Shown here one piece after another: positions 28,164 through 38,235 of a DNA stretch of 64,000 bases. Position 1 is the stretch's first letter. Each line of letters begins with the position of its first letter. Location of the stretch: positions 12,777,185 to 12,841,184 of the forward strand of contig JAUZTB010000069.1 in the NCBI GenBank assembly GCA_034780895.1, in the 5' to 3' direction. The notes below the pieces were generated by a model, which made no database searches, was not told the DNA's origin, and saw only the letters and a program-made list of their open reading frames with translations. This stretch comes from Rhynchobatus australiae (Eukaryota). Both the position numbers and the translations under genes were made by a program.

Positions 28164-28496
28164 CCCGGGCAGACAAAGCAACCTTTGGTACTGATGCTCA
28201 CAGCTGCAGAGAACAACTTCCATCCCTCAACCGTACTGATCTCCACCTCAACTACCGTCCTTTCCACCCACCCCCTTCCCACCTTAACTGGCTCCTGCCC
28301 CGCGGCGCGGTGGTCAGTTTGCTCATCCTTCTCTGCTTGTCTGCACAGGCTGCAGAACTCCTGTATCCATTGTGAGTGCAAGTGCTGAGGATCCTCCAAC
28401 GCCATTTCCTGGATTGCCACACCTTCCCGTTCCTCCTGCCCTAGATTTGCCTCTGGGAAGGGTGCCGATTTAATTTTCCTTCTCCCGGTTACACCA

Positions 28497-28853
28497 TCAT
28501 AGATCAGTACAGCACAGAACAGGCCCTTTGACCCACAATGTTGTGCCGACATAACTTTTTCCTCCTACCTACAGGATGCCCATATCCCTCTATTTCCTCT
28601 CATTCATGTGCCCGTCCAAGCCCCTCTTAAAAGCCCCCCAATGAATTTGCCTCCACCACCCTATCAGGCAATGCATTCCAGGCATCCACTATTCTGAGTA
28701 AAAAATGTACCCTTCACGTCCATTCTGAACCTGCCCCCCCCGACCTCAAATGCATGCCCTCTGGTATTGGATCGCTCAATAATGGGGCAAAGATATTGCT
28801 TGTCCACCTTATCTATGCCCCTCATAATTTTATACATTTCCAAAGGATCACCC
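28497..28853 (-). mobile_element. CR1 LINE 3' end (younger subfamily)
   Basis: Close reverse complement of 46160-46503. Confidence 0.85.
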
Positions 28854-29910
28854 CTCGAGTCTGAGTCTTGGGCTCCAGCTCATCAACTCCGAGCGGAAGT
28901 TCCTGGAGTAGGAAGCGCTGCAACTAGTTCCATCAGCCCCTGCATTCTGCAGGTGCAAAACCTGCACCATCGCACCGTGCCCACCTTGGTTCAAATTATT
29001 CACTTCGTTTAAGTATAAAGCTGCATCACAGGTCCCTCTCACCTAATCCACACTCCGGAGACACTGCACACCCTGAGCTTCAGCAGAACCCAGAGATTTA
29101 TGTTCCCAGGCGCTGCAAGTTCTAAACCGGCTGACAATTTCAGTTAACCAAATCTAGCCGGTTACTTAATTAACTGGAAGACTTTCAGGCTGCTGGATTA
29201 TCACTGCAATTGAAAGATAACAAAATCTAAAAAAAATAAAGCTTACTTAAACAAGCAAATACTTGAAACACGATCGTCCCCTGACTCTCTATTGTTTTTC
29301 ATCTGAAGTCCACACTCCCGGAACACTGCACACAGTGGGCGCTGCACTCTCTGCTAAAACAAGCTCTTTACCCCCATTTCCTGTCCTCCCTTTTAACTTG
29401 TTCAGGACTTTATGAATTTCTTAACTTCAAAGACTAAGAACCTCCATGCAGCAATCCATCTCTTCTTGTGCCATTTTTGGCTCCTGTATTAATCATCTCC
29501 AATTACCTCTCCACTAGATTGGAACACTTGACTTCTCTCCTCTTTCCTTCAATCTATTTCAAGCCCAACTGATTGGGATGGTTCCCACTGAACTCATTTG
29601 TGGTCCTTGGACACTGGGGAGCACCAGGCTGCTCCTGGGAAAAGTAAATGAAGATTACATGACCTGCACTGGATGTGACTGACCCCTTCAAGTGCCTGGC
29701 TGAATTTTAGTAGCCTCAGAACAATTAAGGATGGTTAATAACTGACTTGTCACTCTTTCCAAATCCCATAATTTGAATAAGTACCCAGTTTATTGCTAGT
29801 TTGTTATAGCATTCTTGATCCTTCAGTCTGAACACTCACAGCTTCACACCCCCCTGTAATTTTATCTGCTTGAGCTGAGTGCTGCTGTTTCGGGAAGCTG
29901 GTGCAAACTG

Positions 29911-29924
29911 CTGCCCTCTGCTGG
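29911..29924 (-). promoter_or_regulatory. Candidate CTCF site CCAGCAGAGGGCAG
   Basis: Exact match to the CTCF core consensus CCASYAGRKGGCRS. Confidence 0.45.
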
Positions 29925-30324
29925 TGCTGCACCAGTGATGCAACAGCAATCTCATTGCTCCATAGCTCAGCGTGGAGCGAGGCACCGTGACAATGCGCAG
30001 AGCTGCCTGCGACAGGTGAGCAGCGCAACTGCTCAGCGCCAAGGAGTGGGGCTAAGGTGTGCGCCCTGGGCAGCACAACAAGAGCCGGTGTTCCTGGGGG
30101 CCAGTGGCTGCTGCTCCATGTATCGACGTGCCATCCTGATACCACCGGCTCTCATCAGCTCCTGCTGAATGCGATGGAAGCTGCTGACTTCCACTGCGTT
30201 TGGCTGCACACCTCTGCACAGCCCAGTGTTCCTCTACTGTAACAAGCTCAATGGTGGCTGTCACCGCGGACAAGATCACTTTAACAATTTCATTGCCCAA
30301 TGCAAAAAGATGGGTGGGGGGGGG

Positions 30325-30695
30325 GGGAAATCTCATTGAAACCTACCCGATACTAAAAGGCCTGGATAGAGAGGACGTGGAGAGCATGTTTCCATTGGTG
30401 GGAGAGTCTAGAACCAGAGGGCACAGCTTCAGAATAAAGGGACACCCCTTTAGAACTGAGATGAGGAAGAATTTCTTCAGCCAGTGGGTGGTGAATCTGT
30501 GGAATTCGTTGCCACAGAGGGCGGTGGAGGCCAAGTCATTGGGTGCATTTATGGCAGAGATTGATAGGTTCTCGATTGGTAAGGGGGAGAAGGCGGGAGA
30601 ATGGGATTTTTAAAAAAAAATCAGCCATGATTGAATGGCAGAGCAGACTCGATGGACCGAATGGCCTCATTCTGCTCCCATATCTAATGGTCTTA
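30325..30695 (+). mobile_element. CR1 LINE 3' end
   Basis: ORF 30200..30613 gives GNLIETY..KGLDR..SRTRGHS..FFSQWVVNLWNSLP, plus the 3' UTR. Confidence 0.9.
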
Positions 30696-31884
30696 TGCCC
30701 TGGGAGTGCTAGTGGAGGGATGAGCCCTCACCAAGTTCCCAGTGCAGCAGCAGGGAGCCCAGGGTTAGCATCAGGCAGAGAAGCACATTTCCACAAACAA
30801 TGCCACAGTGACCTCCCTTGGCATGACATCCATGACTGCTCTTGCTCCCGGGATCACATCCTGAGCACCAGGGGAGATACCAGTGTCCGAAAAGCATGAT
30901 TAAAGCCACAGAACTTGAGAGCAACAGCAAATCTCTCTGTGCTTGGCTAACGCCATTCCAAACGACAAATGAGCTGAGCTGTACATTTTTCTCTCCCTTC
31001 CATTAACAATGAGCAAGGAGAGGACACCTACAATTTATTCTGCATCGTCTGTAACAGGATGGTTGTGTTCAAAAACTGAGCAGCATGAAAAATACCACAA
31101 ACTAACTTTTGTCGCAAGGCATTTTCAGCAAGGCAGCACGCTAACACTCACACTGCAGGCTCCCATGTTAAGTGGTGGGACATTAGTGAACAAAACATTC
31201 AGAGACTGAAATGACACCCACCCCTACTTTAGCAGAGGTGATCACCCAACACTTTTAAACAATTATAAATGCTAAAGAGAGAAATTTCCACATCAGTGCA
31301 CCCAAGCTCCCACAGTGTAATGCCAGTGTTCAGTAGATGGAAGAAAAGTGATGGAAACTGTAGGTTCACCTGCTGCATGAAGCAGGAAAATCAGGTGGCA
31401 TTATCTGCTCAATACATTATGTAATGCTGAATGATTAATAACACTGGCACCATTAGATTTGCCTCATTGTATTTGCTTTTTTAATCTGTGGTCAAGCTGT
31501 TCAGCATAATTTTTTAGTAAAATCACAACAGCATCCCGCCAAGGCAACTTGTTTATTCCCCCACTTGCAAGTCCAAAAACAGGCCCATCTGCTCCCCATG
31601 GTGCATCAACAGCACAGATGGGAAAACTCCTTGGAACAAACCCACTCAATGGCCTCAGGACAGTCCACTCTGATCTCATTACTCGACAGCCGTATGTACC
31701 TGCTAACATTATGCTGCATGAACATAAATGGATCAAATAAATTTAAAGCAACCACCCACTTAAGGATAAAAAACCTTGCTGAGATGATTGCTGAACTGAC
31801 ATTTTATTGGGCTTTATTATTCAATCTTTTACTTATTCGTTTGCTGTGATCAATTTTATGTTTTTCTTGTGAATGCTGCTCCAC

Positions 31885-32148
31885 AGTATGGTAGTGTAGC
31901 AGTTAGGTAACACTATTACAGCGCCAGTGACCCGGGTTCAATTCCAGCCGCTGCATGTAGGGAGTTTGTACGTTCTCCCCGTGTCTGCGTGGGTTTCTTC
32001 TGGGTGCTCTGGTTTCCTCCTGCATTCCAAAGACGTGTGGGCGTGCTATGTTGGCACCAGAAGCATGGCGACACTGGTGGGCTGCCCCCAGGAAAAAGAT
32101 GTATTTCACCGTATGTTTCGATGTACATGTGACTAATAAAGATATCTG
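31885..32148 (+). mobile_element. tRNA-derived V-SINE with Rex/Babar-like tail
   Basis: A-box/B-box-like head (ggtagtgtagc...ggttcaattcc), V-domain gagtttgtacgttctccccgtgtctgcgtgggtttc, and tail tgtacatgtgactaataaa. Confidence 0.8.
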
Positions 32149-32754
32149 ATGCCATGTGCCTGTGATGCTGCTGCAGGTAAGTTTCTCATTGCACCTGTGC
32201 ATACGTGTACTTGTGCATACGACAATAAGCTTGACGTTTGACTTAGTTAGGGAGAAAGTAAATTCTGCCTCTCCAGTACATGTACCGCATCACATGCCCT
32301 GCAGAATGGAAGTGAGAAATATCTCCAAAACCAGTGGGCTCAGAGCAGTATCATTATCCAGCCCTTAATTATATATAAACAGCTGAACTGCACATAAAAA
32401 CAATTACTAAAACTGTACATTTCTGGCAACATTATGCTGCAATTATTTAGCATCACACCTATTTAAAGAAGGTCAGATGTCAGGTTTAAAATAAATACAC
32501 GTACTATTAACATGCTTTTGTTGTACTGAATTATACAAAAGGTTTGAAAATAGCAAGTACTGATTTCATTTAAATCTTGTTTTTATATTGCTTATATTAT
32601 TTTTAGTGGTGCAAGCTCTTGATCTAGATTGTGAATGGCCAGCTTAAAACTCCAGAGCAAATTTACCAGGAGTCACTAAAGACCACAATGATGACTTCAG
32701 GCTGCAGATACTGTGTGTGGACTCAGTGTTGTGGGTAGGCATCAGTCTTGCTCC

Positions 32755-33075
32755 ATGGGCAGTGGCACAGTGGGGAGTGCAGCCGTCTCGAAGCTCCGCT
32801 GAACCCACATCAGTCCTGACCTCAGAGCTGTCTATGTGGAGATTGCCGATTCTCCCCATGGCTAAATGGGTTTCTTCTGGATAACATCAATTTTCTCCCA
32901 AATCCCTGTTGGTAGGTTAACGAACCACTGCAAAATACCCCTGGCTGATAGGGGAATCGGGGGTGTTAATAGGCATGTGTATGAGAGAATAGGTTACAGG
33001 GAAATAAGTGTGGGAAATGGGATTGCTTCGAGAGACAGTATAGACTCGATGGGCCAAATGGCCTCCTTCCACATC
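32755..33075 (+). mobile_element. V-SINE (older HE1-like copy)
   Basis: ggcagtggcacagtgg head, gtggagattgccgattctcccc V-domain, and tail gatgggccaaatggcctcct. Confidence 0.6.
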
Positions 33076-33263
33076 ATGAGAAATATGAGAATTAGGAACT
33101 AGAAAAATATAAATACCTACTTAGGGTGGAGATGGCAAGAATGGAAAGCAAATCATCTGTGGGCAAAGGATGAAATAAATCAAACTCCACCTGAAGAACA
33201 GAACGTTCTGAGATATCCTGAGGTGATAAAATGCTGCCCACTTAGTCTGGCACTGGACAAATG

Positions 33264-33277
33264 GTGCCACCTAGTGG
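33264..33277 (-). promoter_or_regulatory. Candidate CTCF site CCACTAGGTGGCAC
   Basis: Exact match to the CTCF core consensus in non-repetitive intron sequence. Confidence 0.5.
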
Positions 33278-33634
33278 CATGACTAAAAGCTGTTCCCTGT
33301 TAGAGTCCAATTCAGTACTGCTTCCCTCAAGGGTGCGCAGAAATTCCAGTTTGGATGCACTTTAATATGAAAATGTTGCCCAGACAACGGGTGATTTCAA
33401 TCCAGTTGAAGGTGAGAAGAGGATTTATTTTTTTCCTCAAAAGGGATCTGAGGTTACTGTAAGGAATGATGATAGGATATCTTTATATCACGTGTAATTA
33501 GTCACATTATAAAATTATGACTAAAAGCTATGATTATCTAATCTCTTTCTGAACAACATTATGGATTTTATCTGAGATGAATGTAAACAGGAAATATTTT
33601 ATATTGCCATCTCCATTTCCCTTTGAAAATCTAA

Positions 33635-33908
33635 GCTTTTAGTCACGTGTACATTGAAACACACAATGAAATACATCTTTTGCGTAGTGTTCTGGGGGCA
33701 GCCCGCAAGTGTCGCCACGCTTCCGGCGCCAACATAGCGTGCCCACAACTTCCTAACCTGTATGTCTTTGGAACATGGGAGGAAACCGGAGACCCCAGAG
33801 GAAACCCACGCAGACACGGGGAGGGCGTACAAAATCCTTACAGACAGCGGCCAGAATTGAACCCAGGTCACTGTCACTGTAATAGCGTTACACTAACCGC
33901 TACTGCCA
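33635..33908 (-). mobile_element. V-SINE, same family as 31885-32148
   Basis: Reverse complement of the 31885 copy, sharing ccggcgccaacatagc. Confidence 0.85.
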
Positions 33909-34679
33909 GCTACTTCCCAGCATACTAGAGAAATGAATAAATAAACCAACTTCCTGTCAAAGTAACTGTACATCTGTCCACTGCAGATATTTCCCCCCAA
34001 CAAAGATTTGAAAAGGGCCCAGTTACCTTGGGCACTAACTACCCATATGTATATGGGGTTCCAGTAGCTCCTCATGCAATCAAATGTACATAGATAACCT
34101 TACACCTTGAAATCAGCAATGATCATCAGCAGCCTGGTAAAGAAGATAAATGAACATAGCATAATTAATCTCGATTATTATGTTCAATATCAAGCTTAAA
34201 AAAAGGGGAGGGAGCAGATGAAGGAAAAGGTGCTAGGCTACAAAGTAAATTCAACAATTAAAGAACCATTTTATTGGAAAATAAAATTGGCAACAGGATG
34301 AAGAAAGTATGAGAAACTTTCAAACATGCGATAGTTATGGTACAAATTTAAAACCAGAAAATGCTGAGAAATTTGGGCAGCATCTGTGGAAAGAGAAACG
34401 GTGTTAATGCTTCTGGCCAAAGATCCTTTCTCAGAACAGGGAAAGAGAAAACAAGTTGGTTTTATGTAGCAGAGGATGCGGGGATGTGATGGATAGGACA
34501 AAGGGAATATCTCAGAAAGATTGTGACTCTGGTTGCCCTGGGGATAAATTGTAGAGCAGACATATCAATTTGATGAAGACATAGTAGTATATTCTTTGCT
34601 GTAACTCATGGGGGAAGACCTCCTTTGACAGCATGTGTCATTGACAACTGAGGGAATTCAGAAGGGAAATTGTGGAAGC

Positions 34680-35160
34680 TCAGACCAACATCTTTCAAAT
34701 TTTCTAAGAAAGGGCGTTTGGCCCAGAGGAGAATTGATTTTCAAAAAAAGGATAAAATTATACTTTGAAAATACTTGATAAATGTTGCTAAGAATCCATT
34801 GCGTGTTACACATTTGGAAAGATAAGGTTAAAAACAGCATGGGTTTCTTGAAAGAATGCATATCACATCTGTCAAATTTAATTAAGTTCCTTGAGAAGGT
34901 AATGAATAGATTGATAAAGGAAATAAATTGAGCACACTGGATTCTGAAGAAGTCCCAGAGGACTGGAAAGCCACAGATGTAACACCACTATTCGTGAAGG
35001 GGGGAGAATGAAAACAGGAAACTGTGCACCCATTAAGGAACATTTCATTGGGAAAACGCTGGAGTCCATTATCACGGAGATGGTAGCTGAACATTTCAAA
35101 GATTATAGACAGTCAAGCAGAATCAATGTGGTTTTATGAAAGGGAAATCACATTTGACCA
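34680..35160 (+). mobile_element. CR1 LINE ORF2 internal fragment (upstream of the RT core), rearranged
   Basis: DSEEVPEDWKATDVTPLF.KG..GNC.PI and ..QNQCGFMKGKS remnants. Confidence 0.7.
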
Positions 35161-35276
35161 AAGACCATAAGATATANNNNNNNNNNNNNNNNNNNNNNNN
35201 NNNNNNNNNNNNNNNNNNNNNNNNNNNNNNNNNNNNNNNNNNNNNNNNNNNNNNNNNNNNNNNNNNNNNNNNNNNN

Positions 35277-35497
35277 AGTGTTCTGGGGGCAGCCCGCAAG
35301 TGTCGCCACGCTTCCGGCGCCAACATAGCGTGCCCACAACTTCCTAACCCGTACGACTGTGGAATGTGGGAGGGAACCGGAGCACCCGGAGGAAACCCAC
35401 GCAGACAGAGGGAGAATGTACAAACTCCTTACAGACAATGGCCGGAATTGAACCTGGGTCGCTGGCGCTGTACAGCTAACTGCTACAACACCATGCC
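35277..35497 (-). mobile_element. V-SINE, near-identical to 33635-33908
   Basis: The first ~70 nt are identical to 33686-33758. Confidence 0.85.
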
Positions 35498-35834
35498 TGC
35501 CCATAACGTGCACAAGTGACTGAGGCAACGTGTGAACTGCACGTGTAGATAGACCCAGCATCAGGAGGAGGATCACTGCTTTTCCTCTGCCTCCCAACAC
35601 CAAAAGCCAAACACACAGTTTCAGATTCGATGAAATGAAGAATGTGGGGAATCCACGTTATAGACATCCCTTAAAAAACTGGTTTAGTGCCCTGGGCACA
35701 GCCAATGATTTCTTAGCAAGTGGCATTCATTTATTAGGTACAAAGTAATTAGCCCTATCAGTTCCTGTAAAACTGCATTTTATTTCTGTGGGGACAAAGA
35801 TTAACTATTTCAAATCAAGTTGCCGTTAGCATAC

Positions 35835-36023
35835 CTTTCCCGTAGCTCCATGGGACACAAACTGAGCTTTCTCCTGCTTTGCAATCTTGACCTGACCCCT
35901 AGCAATACAGGGTCTGGCCAGTGATGTTCCGAGGAAGTACCTATCCTCATACACGGTGCCTGACTGCACCCAAGGCCAGATGAACTCTTCTACAAACTCC
36001 TTCCGCAGATCTTCAATAAAAAC
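35835..36023 (-). CDS. ASS1: ASS1 coding exon 3 ([63 protein letters not shown]), 189 nt
   Basis: ORF 35826..36038 contains [14 protein letters not shown] and SHGATGK. CAG acceptor, GTATG donor. Confidence 0.98.
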
Positions 36024-36329
36024 CTGGAGCAAAAGCACAAAATGGGCATCATTTTGTACATGGTTCTAAACAAAAAGCCAAAGAATTAAGTATTACATAG
36101 ATTTTCCATGGCCTAAATACATATCCTGCCTTATTAACATACCAAGCATACGACTCAACTTTTCTCCCCCCATCATTGTGTTACAGTAGTACTTCATTTA
36201 CTCCTTCACCAGAAGGAAGGAAAAACAGGCAAAGGACCCACTCTTAAATTTGTGATAACATCCAGAATTAAGATATACCAATGTCTGTCCTTCAAAGAGC
36301 TGACGTTCCTTTCTGAGAGAGTGTGCAAT

Positions 36330-37060
36330 CATTTTCCTGTACTGTTACCTTTGGTGCCCTCCCAAGGATGGATTCTTCACCCTATCGTGATGCTGGGACC
36401 CGTGTGATGTCTTTCAAAAACTGTCTCAGTTTCACCAACGGCACCAAATTCTACTGCAGCACCACCTCATTTAACATCTCCCATGTTTCTAAACCATCAA
36501 ATTGCTCATCTAACATCAACAATTGACGAGCAGATATTCCCTCCGATACTCTGATGACCCAAGCCATTTTCTCAATGCTCATCATAAATTCTGGCCACTA
36601 GCTATCAACTCCTACCCGTTTCTATTGAACAAGATCCAGACTATTCACCATTAACACTGCCCGACTCCACCTCTATCTTACTTCACTTATTGCCAAAACC
36701 CTCATCATGACCCTCTTGCTTCTGCACCTGATTATTCCAAAGATTCCTTGGCTAAATTCCCTCAACTCACCCTCTGCCAACTTTACTGCTGTTCACACCA
36801 AGCCCAGTGTCCTGTCACTCTTGTGCTCATTGACCAACACTGAACTCTGGTTCAGCAATATCTTAATTAAAATTCTTCCTCGTTTTCAAATGTTTCCTCG
36901 GTTTTGCATTTGCTCCTTCCGTTGAGTCCTCCAGCCCTATAGCCTCTGTGGTCCTCCAGTTGTGGCCTCCTGTTCATCCACATCCATCATGCCCAACTAC
37001 ATCCCAGAGCCTGGAATTCCCTCCCTAAAGTTTTCTATCTCTTTCCCCCCTTAAAACCTA
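36330..37060 (+). mobile_element. L2 LINE 3' fragment (old)
   Basis: Pyrimidine-rich decayed RT and 3' region ending ctggaattccctccctaaa. Confidence 0.55.
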
Positions 37061-37314
37061 TAGCTCCATCTGTCTAAATCCCTCTTCGTGGCTTGCTGTC
37101 AGATGTTGCTCGAGGTGGACATCAAGGTTGCTCGAGGTTGGGCAATTTAGTTTGCTAAAAGTTGCTGAACNNNNNNNNNNCAGAATTATCAAGCAGAATT
37201 TGACACAGACGAACAAGGAAGAGTGTACATTCAAGGAGGGCAAGGATTAAGGAGTTAAAGGTTAAAAGGAAAGAGCTGAATGAGGATTAGGGGGTGAATG
37301 CTGGAGCTTAAAGA

Positions 37315-37450
37315 AAATCAAAAAACTGCAGATGCTGGAAATCTGAAATAAAAACACAAAATGCTGGACACACTCAGCAGATGAAGCAGCACCTGTGGAA
37401 ATAGAACCAGTTAATGTTTCAGGTCCAGTCCCCTTCGTCAGAACTGATGC
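37315..37450 (-). mobile_element. Penelope-derived terminal repeat
   Basis: ctgcagatgctggaaatctgaaataaaaacacaaaatgctgga..ctcagcag..gcagcacctgtgg followed by the hammerhead motif. Confidence 0.75.
37408..37446 (-). ncRNA. Minimal type I hammerhead ribozyme motif in a Penelope-derived repeat
   Basis: Minus strand reads CAGUU-CUGACGA-AGG(GGACUGGA)CCU-GAAA-CAUU-AACUG: a perfect 5-bp stem I, intact CUGANGA and GAAA core, and an NUH site. Activity is untested. Confidence 0.55.
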
Positions 37451-37521
37451 CCTTGAACTATCAAGCTAGAGCAGATAGAGTCTATTGAATTACTTTGGAC
37501 CACAGCACAGCATTATTTTAC

Positions 37522-37590
37522 CTTCTTGGCTCCCAAAGACTGTGCCTTCTTTCGAGCTTCTTCAAAGTCTTCATCCTGTCCAACGTCAGC
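37522..37590 (-). CDS. ASS1: ASS1 coding exon 2 ([23 protein letters not shown]), 69 nt
   Basis: Matches vertebrate ASS1 [23 protein letters not shown]. CAG acceptor, GTAAA donor, phase 0/0. Confidence 0.96.
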
Positions 37591-38070
37591 CTGTTGGTGA
37601 TGGAAGAGAGAATTATTCATTTTGCTTCAAGAATCAGAACCGCACAAAGTACTCAGCTGCGACTTAACCAATATCGCATAACGTTGAACCATAATCTACC
37701 TACTCTTATATTCTGTGCGCAAGCTAATGAAGACAAGAATCCAACATGCCTTCTTCACCACTTTACCTGCCACATTCAGCGATCCTTGGACTTGTACACC
37801 GAGGTCACTCTCTTCCTCAGTACTCCCTGGGGTCTGATTGTACGCCTGGGCTAATAAAAGAAAACACCCCATGTGCTGTTCTTTAAAACCACCTATTACC
37901 TTTCAGGATCGGGGACCTATACTCCAAGGTCCCTTTGTTCTTCTACACATCTCAGTAACTTCCCACTGACTGTCCATTCCCCAGACTTGATGCACCTTCA
38001 TAAATGCATCAGCTCAATGCATGACTGAGGTGCCACCTTTCAGATGGACATTAAATAGTCTCTCACATAA

Positions 38071-38235
38071 AATGCTGGAGGAACTCAGCAGGTCAGACAG
38101 CACCTATGGAGAGAAATAAACGGTCGATGTTTCAGGTCGAGACCCTTCATCAGGACTGGGCCAGTCTCGACGCAAAATGTCGGCTGTTTATTTCCCTCCA
38201 TAGATGCTGCCTGACCTGCTGAGTTCCTACAGCAT
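38071..38235. repeat. Head-to-head inverted pair of Penelope-derived terminal repeats (imperfect ~70-bp stem)
   Basis: 38071-38143 is the approximate reverse complement of 38164-38235. Confidence 0.85.
38121..38158 (-). ncRNA. Minimal type I hammerhead ribozyme motif in a Penelope-derived repeat
   Basis: Minus strand reads CAGUC-CUGAUGA-AGG(GUCUCGA)CCU-GAAA-CAUC-GACCG: intact core, stem I 4 of 5 bp paired. Activity is untested. Confidence 0.55.

Larger units (their letters stand above)
27500..29360 (-). mobile_element. CR1 LINE 5' end (UTR plus decayed ORF1: Cys-rich/coiled-coil N-terminus and esterase-like domain), split by two insertions
   Basis: Frameshifted pieces read CTCRM..ELPLGVDELE, EMALEDPQHLHS..DEQTDH, VVLCS..QRLLCLPG|ARVMD, DRTKNVVLLRENE..LVVSGLP..NKIRELNA, in the order I recall for CR1 ORF1. 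Confidence 0.7.

Noticed and set aside
31885-31960. tRNA-like A and B boxes
   Set aside because: This is a SINE head, not a tRNA gene. There is no complete cloverleaf.
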